The translations under genes and the position numbers were made by a program. A stretch of DNA of 64,000 nucleotides from Lepidodermella squamata. Lineage: Eukaryota > Animalia > Gastrotricha. The notes beneath the pieces were generated by a model. The model saw only the letters and a list, made by a program, of their open reading frames with translations, was not told the origin of the DNA and made no database searches. How positions within the stretch are numbered: the stretch's first letter is position 1; each line of letters starts with the position of its first letter. This document shows, in pieces, positions 26,001 to 37,231 of this stretch. The stretch spans positions 3,534,001-3,598,000 of the forward strand of contig JBLDXI010000042.1 of NCBI GenBank assembly GCA_047495785.1, given 5' to 3'.

Positions 26001-29000
26001 TTTCCTTACCTGGCAGGCCATAATTCGGCAGCTGAAGTAGCAGTTAGCATAGATTATCCGCGCTCCAGAGGCTTTGACGCGGCTCACAGCTTCGCTAGGA
26101 TCATCCGAGTAAAATTCAGCCGAAATGACGGATATTTTCTCTTTCGGAAAATCGAGCAAAATTTGATTTGCAAGCTGTAAAATTTTCAAAAATGTATAGA
26201 AAATCGATTAGAAATTTGATTGATTTTACCTGGAATGGGGAAAATTCGGTATGTGAAATCATTGCTACCTTGCTCCAGTTCATAGCTTTCAGAAGAGGGA
26301 CCATTACATTGACGAAGTGATTGTCAGACATGATTCGGTAAAAATTGGGATAAGCTCGACGATTAGATAGCGTTACATCATTGCAGGCCGCAGAAAACTT
26401 GAGAACAAAATAGTTTGATGAAATTGAAAGAAAACCTTGAATATTTTCCGTTATTACGATTTTTAGTATTTTAAAGGTTATCAGAAAACTTCAATCCGCA
26501 GTCTAAATTTCTTTCGCTTGATAATATTATTTTAGTATTTTGCTTCAATATCCTGAATATTTAAAAAAAATAAACATGAAATTCGCTGAGACTTACGTTG
26601 ATAATGTTGAAAAATTGCGCGTATCTTGAAACAACTTTGCACACCCCAGAACACATGCCGCCTATTAGCAGGGGCGCGACATAGCCGGTAGCAGCGCTCT
26701 CTAGGTCGAAATCCATTCGATTAGGAATAATGCGAGTCCCAATCGCGGATTTTGCAAAATTGTTCAAATCAACCACACGCTTGTCATCGAGGTAGAAAGG
26801 CATAATGCGCGATATAGCCGTTGTATCTCGACATTGATCGTCGACCAAATCGATTACGATATTGTAATCAGGCAAAACATCGGTTCGGTTGTTGATGATA
26901 CCGACCAGCAAGTCGATAGATCCAGTGCACATTTCACCTAGCGGGGCGATGGGGCCAGCTATTGGCAGTAATACTGGAATTTTAAGGGTGTAAGGCTTTC
27001 GTAAACGACTGGCCAATATTATTCCGAAAAGCGGCACAAAATAAAGGAAATTCGTCAAAATGGTTTTCATTTTCGAAAAATGTCTAGCAAAATGTTCTAG
27101 CAAGATTTTTCCCGGCTAAATTTATACCTCAGATCGGGTACGTTTCCTATGGTGTATCATCTTTCATGCCACTGAGCACAGAGCGCCTCTGATTTTCTCC
27201 AAATTAGCGAAAGTGATCCCATGTTCAATAGAATGCGCAGTTAATTATTTGATTAGGCTTAGGGATCGATTATCTAAAAGTGTATAAAACTTGTCGGCGT
27301 GTTTTTGACAGGCTATGGAAGCCGCGTGTTGGTTAGCTCTGCCCCTTGCTCCGAAGTGCGTGCTAGCCGGTGATCACCTTCAACTTCCGCCCACTATCGT
27401 TTCAGAAAAGTGAGTTCATTTTTTTAATATTACCATGTGACGTAGATGCTGACGGACGCAGGACTACCCCGATGTTTTCCCGAGCCACAAAACACTAATA
27501 TTCAGAAATTCAGCCCGACCTCTGCATCAAAACAATGATAAATCGAACGAGATGTTTTCGCGATGTTTTCAGGCAAAAAATCGGGGTAGTCCTGCGTCCG
27601 TCAACATCAGCGTCACATGAAAACTACGCTCTTCATTTTGGGTTATGTTACATATAATAATGAAGTAAATCAAATGAAAGGAGAAAATCTGCGCGAAAAA
27701 TGAAGTGATCAAGTTAATTGTAACTTCTGCTGCTTCGGTCAGCTATCGCCAATGCTGACAGACTCAAAGGTATGCGATTCGGGGAGACTATATCTTCGCG
27801 TCGCTGATTATCAAATCTGACGATTACACGCTGAAAGGTGTTTTTGGCATTGGGCGAAGTGACGAGACTAGGGAGCCAAGGCCAGTAAGCAGATTAGTTG
27901 GGGACTTTCTTCTTTTAGTACTTGAGGCAGTGCATTGTCTTTTCTTGAAGGTAGTTGAAGCTTTTATCAATTCGATAAGCGTAAATCTGCTAGTAAACGG
28001 AGGTCCAAATAGTTCAGAAAGTTGTTGAAGTCAAAGTTAACATAATTTGCGGAAACCATGTTCCTCGATCGCAGTTTGGCGGTAAATAGACCTTGTACCT
28101 TCGCGGGCCAGGCCAACTCGATATCTTTCGATGTCGACTTATTGGGCGTTCTGCTCTGCTAGATAAATCGAGATGGATTGCATCAAATTGCCGAAACCAT
28201 CGTCCACAGCATTTGACCAATCATTCAAGCATAAAAGTAATTGAAGCTCTTTTTATCTCTGTTTTATTCACAACTCAAACTATTCAAGCTCGTTGTGCCG
28301 AAAAGATAATATAAACTTATAATGCAGTACATTTACGTTTCGTGGTGTTTCTTGTTGTAAAGGTTCTTGCTAAGAAAAGTTCCCTGGAAAGCTTAATACG
28401 GCCCTGGTGGCGGTCAAACCGGCTTTCAACCTGCAACTTCGTACATTTATCGCGGGCCATTTGGCCAACCGAGTCGAAGCCATAGAATAATAATTTGAAA
28501 TCGAATTTTGTAGGCTCGACATCCCAATGTAGTAACGACATAAGCACGGTTAAAAAAGGAACGAAAATGAAGCGAACGTACATTCCAGTCTATGGATTGA
28601 TACCCAATAAACGTTCCTTGTCAGCCCTACTGCTGAAGGAATATGATTTGCACAGGCCACATCGCTCGATCGGGGCCGGTGACTCGATTCTGGATTCTCC
28701 ATTAGTTATTGAAGCTAATGATTTATTGACAACGGGACCAGGGGATTCGCTTTTAACGTCGAATGCAATGCAAGGGATGTATACAATATCGAAAATTTGG
28801 AGAATTTCACTGCGAGACATTGACAAGATGGAGTAGACTATATAATATGTACTTGTTATAGCTTTTGACAACTCTGACATTGAGAAATCTTGGGGAATCA
28901 TATCATTTGTCATTCGAAACAAAGACGTTAGTTTTCTCGTAGCGATCGATCGTATTACATAAACAGCCATGTTTTCAGCGTAGTTAATCGGCTTACCACA

Positions 29001-31330
29001 TTGCAACCTAACTTTCACCTGAACCTTCAAGAATAGCTTATGACTTATGACAGTGATTGATAGTGTGACAATCTTCTGACGGTCAAACAAAACAGGCGAC
29101 TTGTAGCTCCCCGAAACCTTGACAAATTTCTTATTGTTGGAGGAATCTGCCAAGAGCTGCGACTCAAAAACTTGGGCTGCGTCGACTGCCCAACCGGTAC
29201 TGGCTTTAGTGTCGCGGTGTAGGTCTTCAGAATCGAGCCAATTTCGCTTCAAATCGACAACGGCGAATCAATTTACACGCTGAATTTGGATGTAATTGCC
29301 TAGTCTTGGTCGATGAGATTTGTTGAGTAATTTTCGTTTTCGGTCTCCGCTACAAGGCGAGGAGGGGCTCCGGCTGCGTGCATAGCCGATACGAGTTTTA
29401 CGGCTTCGACCATCTTGTTTTTCTTGCCATCAATTCTTCTGTTATTCGCCACGTCCGACCACTCTTCCACCGTCATTGCTGGATGATTGTGCTCATTATT
29501 CATGTCGTGGCTATCGAACCTGATAATTACACCATGAATTAGGTATTCTGGGCATTGGGCGAAGTGACGAGACCATAGAGCCGGGAGATTTCCGCTCCAA
29601 GGCAGATTAGTTGGACGTGCAGAAGAATTCTGCTTTAAAAATATCCCAATAATTGAAGAAATTGAAAAACACGGAAATTAAAATTTTAAATTCTGTTGGA
29701 AAATTCTAAACAATTTTTTTTATTAAAATCAACTCTATTAAAAAATCTCGTTTTTTAGGGCAGCCAAAGACGGCCTTGCGATTTCATTGATGGAACGAGC
29801 TGTTTCATTTCTGCCCCCATCAACTGTCACCCTGTTATCGGTCCAATACCGAATGCACACCGACATCATGGACTGGTCGAACACGTATCTCTACGACTCG
29901 AAACTAACCGCGCATTCATCCGTGGCGAAACACACCCTGGCTGATCTGTTGAAAACTGAAAAAGCCCCGAATGTCCCGGTAATTTTCGTAGATACAACAG
30001 GGTGTCCGGAATGTGTTGAGACCCCAGCCCCGGACGATTTATCCCACGGCAATCCCGGCGAGGCAGTTATTGTCGCGAAACACGTCGCTCATCTAATCAA
30101 CGATTGCGGGCTAAATCCGGCGTTAATCGGCGTCATCAGTCCGTATAACCACCAGGTCGAATTAATCCGAGAACAGCTATCGCTAAATTTAACGCCTAGC
30201 CAAAAAAATGTGATCGAAGTTCGAAGTGTTGACGGATTTCAAGGCAGAGAAAAAGAGGCGATCGTACTTTCGATGGTCCGGTCGAATGACGATAATGTAA
30301 TCGGGTTTCTAGGCGAGGTTCGGCGGTTGAACGTCGCCGTAACTCGGGCTCGTCGCCAACTTTTTGTTGTCGGGAATTCGGAGACGCTGAAGGCGGGCGA
30401 GCATTTGGAAAATTTTGTCAGTTATTTATACGACCGGGCTGAGGTGAGAAGCGGGTCGGAGTATTTCGAAAAACACACAATTTCAGCCGCTGAAAAAATT
30501 CCGAAAAAAGAGAAAATTCCCGAAAAAACCGAAATTCCTATTCCGAAACCGGAAAAAGCTCCAGAACAGCCTGAGCAAATTAAAATTGAAAAACCAACAG
30601 AAATCGAAACAGAAAAAATTGAGGAGGACGGGTCGCCTAAAAAAAGCAATCGCGCTCTGAAAAAAGAGCGAAAACAACGGATTTTAGAGGAAAGAGCCGC
30701 GGCTAAAGAGGCACCAATCACCCCACCCAGGCCCAAAACTACGAGCTCCGAAATTCCCGCGCCAAAAATCGAGACTGATCCGAATGAACTGGTGTTTAAA
30801 CCCGTTCCAAAGGCCCCTGTTTTAATGGCTGGAATTTCGAAGGGTCGCGGGCAAAGCGCGGCGGACTCTGCGACGAAGTTAGCCCTGGAAAAGGTCGCCG
30901 ACCCGAATGACATCGATGCGCTATGTGACGCTGTTAAACAGCTCGATAGTGTCTGCGCCTACCACCAGGCTGGTCAAACGGATGCGTGTAAGAAAAGTGT
31001 CAATGTGCTGGCCGAGTTTTGCCGGTATTGTAAACGGAAATTTTGCTACACGCATGCGCAACCGGAAATTCATGGCTGTGGAGCTGAGGCCAAAGCTTTC
31101 GAAAGGTATTGATAATACTGCAAAATATTTTTAATTTATAACCAAATTTTTTCAGGCAGAATATGAGGTCTGCTTTCGAATCGCGTCAAATTCGCGGAAA
31201 CTGCCTTATTCCGGAGAAAGTTGCGAAAAGCAGCTTAGATCGGTCTGTTTTGGAGCGGCGAATGGAGGAACGGCTATCGAAGATGAAGGACGAACGCGGC
31301 GCATCGAGTAAAAATAAGAAGAAAAAATGA
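23039..31330 (+). CDS. IGHMBP2: SF1 helicase IGHMBP2/SMUBP-2; exons about 23039-24253, 27312-27409, 29759-31105, 31156-31330
   Basis: LNASQ; [12 protein letters not shown]; [11 protein letters not shown]; IDECSQ|AMEAACW; [11 protein letters not shown]; QYRMH; [11 protein letters not shown]; [12 protein letters not shown]; C-terminal AN1 zinc finger (C..C..CRYC..FC..H..H.C). Splice phases are consistent. Confidence 0.95.
24354..27070 (-). CDS. GABA-B-receptor-like class C GPCR nested antisense in IGHMBP2 intron 1 (4 exons)
   Basis: Signal peptide [23 protein letters not shown]/Venus-flytrap motifs [56 protein letters not shown]. No Cys-rich domain. Seven hydrophobic segments ending IFFIFGPK. 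Confidence 0.85.
27434..27619. mobile_element. Small non-autonomous inverted-repeat element (MITE-like) in IGHMBP2 intron 2
   Basis: About 40-bp terminal inverted repeats, CATGTGACG(TA/CT)GATG(C/T)TGACGGACGCAGGACTACCCCGAT, at 27434-27473 and 27580-27619. No clear TSD. Confidence 0.65.
27817..29616 (-). pseudogene. Degenerate transposon-derived coding debris bounded by ~90-bp diverged direct repeats
   Basis: Exact 23-mer GGCATTGGGCGAAGTGACGAGAC at 27846 and 29551, within longer similar blocks. Broken minus-strand frames include [17 protein letters not shown] (FAR1/MULE-like) and [11 protein letters not shown] / FTLIELIKA (pre-RT LINE-like). Confidence 0.4.
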
Positions 31331-32381
31331 GGGATTTTTGCGTGATTTATTTGGTTGTTATCATCAAGTGATCGCTGTGATAACTTATAGCTTTGTTCAA
31401 ATTTATAATAAAATACGAAAGAGACACGTTGAAGAATTCACCTGGCTGTTTTGATTACATGAATTTCACATGAACAAAAGCAATTTTGCGACATTTTATT
31501 CAGAAAATGTGGAGACTCAGCGACGTTTCGGGTACCACAGACCTCATCAGTCTAAAAAATCTTGGAAAATTTAAATATTCCAGATGAGCATTTTTTAAAA
31601 TAAAAATTAGTAAAAAATAATATGATTCAATTCGGTGTTATTCAATATATTTCTGATTTGAGTCGTTTTTAAATCTAAGCAAATTATCTTGACGTCAGTA
31701 CGTCATCAGGGATCTCCAAATCACAAGCATGACGATGGTAAACTAACTTAACCGCTGAATTTGATGATAAATCGAAAATTGCTATGATACTTGAAATCGA
31801 TAATGGTTCTGCAGACTGAACCCTAATTCGTAAAGCTTCGGCTACCAGTTCAACGCTTCGATCTCAAATTTTTTCATTATAGCCGCGCACTCCTCGAACT
31901 GCTAGCAAATCGCGTGGATTTTAGTAGCAATTTACACTGTTTAGCAACTGCCCTATCAGTTTTTTCTAAATTTAATGGCGCACTTATTTTCACTTGCTAA
32001 ATTTTTTCAATCGTTCGGTCCATTTTCAGCATTATTTTCCGTGCGAAATCCATCCGGAATAATTTTTCCAATTATTAAACATTTTCGTTTTTTGGCAAAC
32101 AGTGGTATTTTGTTTGGTTAAGTATTTGACACACCAGATAATTCCGTCGCTATCATTTCAGCCTGTCATTTACGTTACGGGTATAGTTCTAGTTTTTTAT
32201 CTTCTCGGTTGAAGTAGAATCATTATTAATGCGGTTATCGCTATCTCAATAAAAAAGGATTAGTTTTAGGTAGGTGTTTACGAAAACATTGGATTTCCCA
32301 TGTTTCCTCCAAACAACATGTTTTCGCGCTTTTTATAGATCGTTGGCTTAAGGCCTAATTAGAGCAAAAAATTATACAACA

Positions 32382-32939
32382 ATGGTGGATTCCAGCGTGA
32401 TCCTTTTCACAATCGCCCCTTTGACCGAAGAGGAGCGGGTTTCGAGCATCCAGCAATTCAAAGCTTTCAAACGAAGTATCCCAGAAGACTTCCGAGTACT
32501 TCTGCTTCCTCTTTACAGCAATTACTGGCTGCCAACGATTAGCGATGTTTTACTGTACTGCAGACACGCGAAATTTGTCGCATTAATTTTGAACGGCCAC
32601 GGCGCTGAAAACGGCGATATGCTATTGGCTGATGGTAGTAGACTAAATCCTGAAGTTCTGGCATCTGTCGTGGCGACCAACAACGCAAATCGGCCTATTG
32701 AATTGATCAATCCAAATTGCTCTAATGGCCAGGCGTTCTCCGAGAGGTACTTCCGATCTTTAACGCGTGGGGTCGATGTAAACCTCGTAGAAAATATTGG
32801 CGTCACTTTGATTACTGATAGCCGTCATGTATCGAGGTTCGGGCAACTTTGTGATGGTTCGACCATTAGCGAGCGAGAAACATTGGCATTCATCCGTGAT
32901 CCGAAAACTTATGCTACATTTTCAACCAGTCATTTGTGA
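32382..32939 (+). CDS. Small caspase/metacaspase/CHAT-like (clan CD) cysteine peptidase domain protein
   Basis: Intronless 185-aa ORF with a hydrophobic strand plus HG (FVALILNGHG..G.MLLADG). About 40 aa later comes a hydrophobic strand plus C (IELINPNCSNG), the spacing pattern of the clan CD dyad. Confidence 0.55.
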   Translation: MVDSSVILFTIAPLTEEERVSSIQQFKAFKRSIPEDFRVLLLPLYSNYWLPTISDVLLYCRHAKFVALILNGHGAENGDMLLADGSRLNPEVLASVVATNNANRPIELINPNCSNGQAFSERYFRSLTRGVDVNLVENIGVTLITDSRHVSRFGQLCDGSTISERETLAFIRDPKTYATFSTSHL

Positions 32940-33197
32940 CTAAAGCTGGACTATTTGTAATTTATTGTATTGGACTGTGTTGAACAAGTAAAATATTGTT
33001 TGCATTTTCCCAGGAAGACTCTTCTTAATTTCTAGAAAAATGGAAATTTGTTTTAACATGATTTTTCCTGTGGTTTATAACATTTTATTAATTTTTTACA
33101 TGATTTTGACAATTATTTAAAACAAGTTTTCCTAACTTCGGAAATTGCGCCGTATTCCAGATTGTGAAAGGAGGGACTATAGGCGTTTTCCATAACT

Positions 33198-33271
33198 GGC
33201 CGCTTAGCTCAGTTGGTTAGAGCGTCGTGCTAATAACGCGAAGGTCGTGAGTTCGATCCTCCCAGTGGCCA
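33198..33271 (+). tRNA. tRNA-Ile(AAT)
   Basis: GGCCGCT/AGTGGCC acceptor stem, D arm TAGCTCAGTTGGTTAGAGC, anticodon arm TCGTG-CT-AAT-AA-CGCGA, T loop GTTCGATC. One T-stem mismatch. Confidence 0.92.
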
Positions 33272-33596
33272 CATGATTTTGGCTCTATAATCTGGTGAGT
33301 TTATTTCTTAAACAGCGTTTTATCTTTCATCTTGAAGTTTATGCATGCCAAAACACCGAACTCTTCATGAATCTCAATTTATTCATCCACTTATACATGT
33401 CACCTAATACCGCTGTGTAATCAAACGGGAACCGTCGCGAATTAATTGAACGAAAGCACGATAAAATCGATTTTAAACGCTGGAGTTGCTGAGAAAAATA
33501 GAACGTTCATGTTTATTTTGATTTAATTGGCACTTAAATTTAGCTTCGCGAGAAGCAGGCTATAACTTCTTTAAAGCCAGCTAATTCGAAGAAGCT

Positions 33597-34814
33597 ATGC
33601 GGATGCTGAAGGCTCAGCTATTCATTATTGCCACGTTGAGCTTCGACTTGGACCTCTCTTACTCTGCTAAGGAATTCATGACCCAGGAACAAGAGCTGAG
33701 AGAATGGCTTTACGAAGAATGCCAGCTGTTGGACAACACCCGGCCTGTAGCTAACTACACCGAAGTTTTGTTGGTAAAAGTCCAAGTCCTGCCTTACTGC
33801 CTTCGAAAAATCGACGAAACCGAGCAGATAGTTTCAATACTAGCGGAAATCGACTTCTCATGGTTCCATCCTTGCGTATCGTGGGGTAATACTGAGGAAA
33901 CTTCCAAATTCGCCTCGATTAATCGCATCCAAGATTGGGCAGACAAGTTTTGGCGAGTCCAACTCACGCATAATAACGCAGTTTCAGATGCAAATTTCTT
34001 CTCATCGTAAGAAATTAATTCATGCGAAATATTCAGGGCTATAACTTTGAGCTATAGGATTGCCGAGCATACTCCTTTCTACATCTATCGAAACGGCAAA
34101 ATCGTTTGGCAGATCGTAGCAACCATCGACTCAACCTGCGATTTGCGATTTCTGCACTTCCCATTCGATGTTCAAGTTTGCTCCATTATTTTTGAAAGCT
34201 ACGTTGAGTCCTACATAACGCATATTGTTCCTCTTGATAATGGCATAAACTTCAATGTCCCGCTGAAAGACTTCATTGACAAAGAGTCGATGTGGGAGCT
34301 GACAGCGGCAAATGCTACCGCGAGGAAACAGGTCTATGCAACATGGGCGGGAGATTACGATCGAATTTACTTCAACCTGACATTTAAGCGAAAGTACCAG
34401 CAATACATAAACAGCCTATTTTTGCCCTGCTTCTGTTTGATGATTCTCCAACTCGTGAGCGGGTTCCTACCCCCTGATGCCGTAGATAGAGCTTGTTACA
34501 GCATTACTGTAGTTCTGGCGTTCTACATCCTACAAACTCTGATAGATGGAGCAATTCCGAAATCTTCTGTGACACCATACATTTCCATGTTTATCAATTC
34601 TCAAATAGTCATTGGTATGCTTTGCACAGTGTATACAGTTGTTTCGTGTGGACTCGCAAACGATGAGCGCTTTACTGGTCAAGTTTCGATATTCGGTAGT
34701 CACAAGTGGCAAATCAATAAGATACGTCTAAGCGATATCATATTTTTCAGCTTAATGACTCTATGCACAGTTCTATCTAACATAATCATCTTTGCTTTAA
34801 TGCTGCCGCCGTAA
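33597..34814 (+). CDS. Divergent Cys-loop ligand-gated ion channel subunit (nAChR-like, non-alpha); intron about 34007-34057
   Basis: Signal peptide; RPVANYT; KIDETEQ; Cys-loop CDLRFLHFPFDVQVC; pre-M1 FKRK..YI..LFLPC; M2 DRACYSITVVLAF; M3; short loop; M4. Confidence 0.88.
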
Positions 34815-34874
34815 AAATCAGGGGGCAGCATTTAAATTCAAAATAAACCGAAATAATGATCGATTGTTTGTTGG

Positions 34875-36572
34875 TTATTGAGGCTTGAGGGTTCCAAGAA
34901 CCAAGCTGCTGCCGCCACCAGTTTCGCCGCAATGAATCTTGATGGCATCATCAGTCTTCGACGGCTCGTAGTTGACGATTTGGCTGAGAGGGTGAACAGG
35001 AAAATAGAATTTGCCACGAACTTCCAGCACCATACTACTTCCTTTCTCAAAAAACGTCGAAGAAGGTAACAGCTGGACGGTAACCGTCTCGGGAGTGTTT
35101 GGCTTCAACGGTACTAATTCATCAAATGGTTTGTCCGCGTTCCAAGGCTCATGTTCCGGGTAAGAATCGTAAGGCTTGCGCAGGGCGATTCTCTGCCAGC
35201 CCTTGGTAACCACGTCCAAGCCCCAACCAGTCATGCCCTCGAAATTGACATCATTGCCTTGCGGGTCATACTTCCTGACGCACACGAATAGATTGCCGTC
35301 TTGGGCTGTTTCAGATGAGATCAGGAGGTTGGCTTTCATCGGCCCCGAAACGATTGTATCTTCATCAAACGTGTGCTTGAAGGAAGCTGAGCTGCTCAGG
35401 AGATGGAAAGAGACGGTTTTATCCTCAAGCTTAGCTTTCGGGTCCGCAATTTTCATCGTTCTATCTCCGTGGAGGCTGAATTTGATCCAATTCGTTTCCT
35501 TCACTGGGTAAACCGGTTCCTTGAATTTCAAAACTGAGTGGACATGGCTGTTGTGGTCGACCACTTCAACGCGAACTCGCGGAACATCCAGCATACCATT
35601 TCCTGTTTCACCCTTTAAGAAGTGGCTGAAAAACTTCAGCTGTAGGGCGAGGCCTTCTTCGCTGTAGTATGCGGCCCATTTTCCGTTTCGATGCGTGTAG
35701 AGCCATTTGTGCTCAGAACTAATAGTTCTAAACACACGGAAAGACCCCTGCGTGTGTAGGCCCTGGTCCGAGTAACTCATGCAAACCAAAGCCGGACACT
35801 TGATGTTTGCCAAGTTAGGCACCTTCGACAGATAAAAACTATCGTTGCGAGTTTCGATCTTCTCCTGCAGAGCACGGGTATCCTCGATGCTGTTTTCCTT
35901 TGTTCCTTTACACCACATGACAACGAAGCCATCTTCGCGAATCCCACCGGGACGTGCGACATCTTTGTAGAAATCAGACAGTCCCTCCCATGGGCAAATC
36001 GCCGCTAGGTGTGGTGGCTGGAGAGCAGCTACTTTGTACTGACTGATGGCCAAATAAGAAACGCCATTCAGACCAACTTTGCCATTGCACCAGGGCTGTT
36101 TTGCGACCCATTCAATCGCATCGTAGTAATCTTGTGCTTCTCTGTCAGAAGAAAGGATGGGCAATTTTTCAGTTGCCTTCGATTTGCCATAACCTCGGAT
36201 GTCCATGTTGACGACATTGAAGCCGTGAGGGACCCAGAAAGCCGGGTCGGGCGCTTCCCAGCCGCAGCCTTCAGACATGACGACGTGATTGGCCTGGCGA
36301 ATAATGCGGTATTGTAAAGGGACTGAATTGTAAACCCAGCCACGCTTCGGCAAAGCATCCTTCAAGTAAGGATGGGCGCACATTATGACAGGTCGCGGTT
36401 CCTTGAGACCTTCCTCGCCGGGTGGTCGATAAAGATTAGCATAGAGGGTGGAACCATCTCTCATCGGTATGGCAATGTCAAGGTCGGCAAACACACCCTC
36501 TGGTAGTGGGATGATAGTCACATCAGGCTTGAAAATTCGAAACACCCGGCTAAGAGAATATTGGAAAGGCAT
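34875..36572 (-). CDS. CocE/NonD-family (peptidase S15-like) alpha/beta hydrolase, copy 1, 565 aa, intronless CDS
   Basis: IPMRDG..LYANLYRP; WEAPDPAFW; DIRGYGKS; DYYDAIEW..QPWCNGKVGLNGVSYLA; AAICPWEG; SDQGLH; PepX_C-type C-terminal domain. First ATG at 36572. Confidence 0.92.
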   Translation of the reverse strand: MPFQYSLSRVFRIFKPDVTIIPLPEGVFADLDIAIPMRDGSTLYANLYRPPGEEGLKEPRPVIMCAHPYLKDALPKRGWVYNSVPLQYRIIRQANHVVMSEGCGWEAPDPAFWVPHGFNVVNMDIRGYGKSKATEKLPILSSDREAQDYYDAIEWVAKQPWCNGKVGLNGVSYLAISQYKVAALQPPHLAAICPWEGLSDFYKDVARPGGIREDGFVVMWCKGTKENSIEDTRALQEKIETRNDSFYLSKVPNLANIKCPALVCMSYSDQGLHTQGSFRVFRTISSEHKWLYTHRNGKWAAYYSEEGLALQLKFFSHFLKGETGNGMLDVPRVRVEVVDHNSHVHSVLKFKEPVYPVKETNWIKFSLHGDRTMKIADPKAKLEDKTVSFHLLSSSASFKHTFDEDTIVSGPMKANLLISSETAQDGNLFVCVRKYDPQGNDVNFEGMTGWGLDVVTKGWQRIALRKPYDSYPEHEPWNADKPFDELVPLKPNTPETVTVQLLPSSTFFEKGSSMVLEVRGKFYFPVHPLSQIVNYEPSKTDDAIKIHCGETGGGSSLVLGTLKPQ

Positions 36573-37231
36573 TTTCGATAAAATTAGAAGGCAATCTAGG
36601 CTATTATAAATAAAAATAGTTATTATCAGTGACATGCCAAGTACCTTTGATGAGAAAATTTAACCTAGATGAGTTTCTAAAGAAATACTCGCTCAATGAA
36701 TTACCAGGTTGAGTTGAACAAAATAGAAAACGAATTAGGTCAAACAAAATGACTTTAATGAAAAGTAAAGTATTTTTAGATAAGAGCAAGTAGCAAGGCA
36801 GTTCTTCACTATCGTTGCTGAAACCCAGTAACCATATTTGATAAGACCTAGGCCTCATAGCTAGCAATTACTTACAACACACAGGACCTAATAATCCGCT
36901 TTATATTAAATAAAATATCTAATAAAAAAAGCGAGAAGAAAGCATGAAATTGCCCCACATAGAAATGCATACAGTAAAGCTGACACACTCTAGTACGCGT
37001 GTTGAGATCATTCATCTATACATCTCACCATTTTTTGCTTTTTCGGTCACGCGAGCGAAGAAATCACTTGACTAGATCATTTTTCGACCAGTAGTGAGGA
37101 AAAGAACGTATGGCTAAATCCATAAAATTCATCCCAGGTGAAACAGATAATGAAATAATTTAAAAAATCAAGAAATTATTCCCAGATGTCACAGACACCA
37201 TGTGGCCAAATGGGCAGGCGTTGGGTTGAGT

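Noticed and set aside
27846-29573. LTR retrotransposon or CRISPR-like array from the direct repeats
   Set aside because: Only two diverged copies, no TG..CA ends, no PBS/PPT, no gag-pol, and no regular spacers.
31729-31819. C/D-box snoRNA-like arrangement (ATGACGA...CTGA..TGATGA...CTGA) with a partial resemblance to a 28S antisense element
   Set aside because: The C box is imperfect, there is no terminal stem, and the guide match is gapped. It cannot be supported without an Infernal or snoscan run.
34007-34036. A 30-nt intron in the channel gene
   Set aside because: An in-phase acceptor at 34057 gives a 51-nt intron that matches the size typical of this window.
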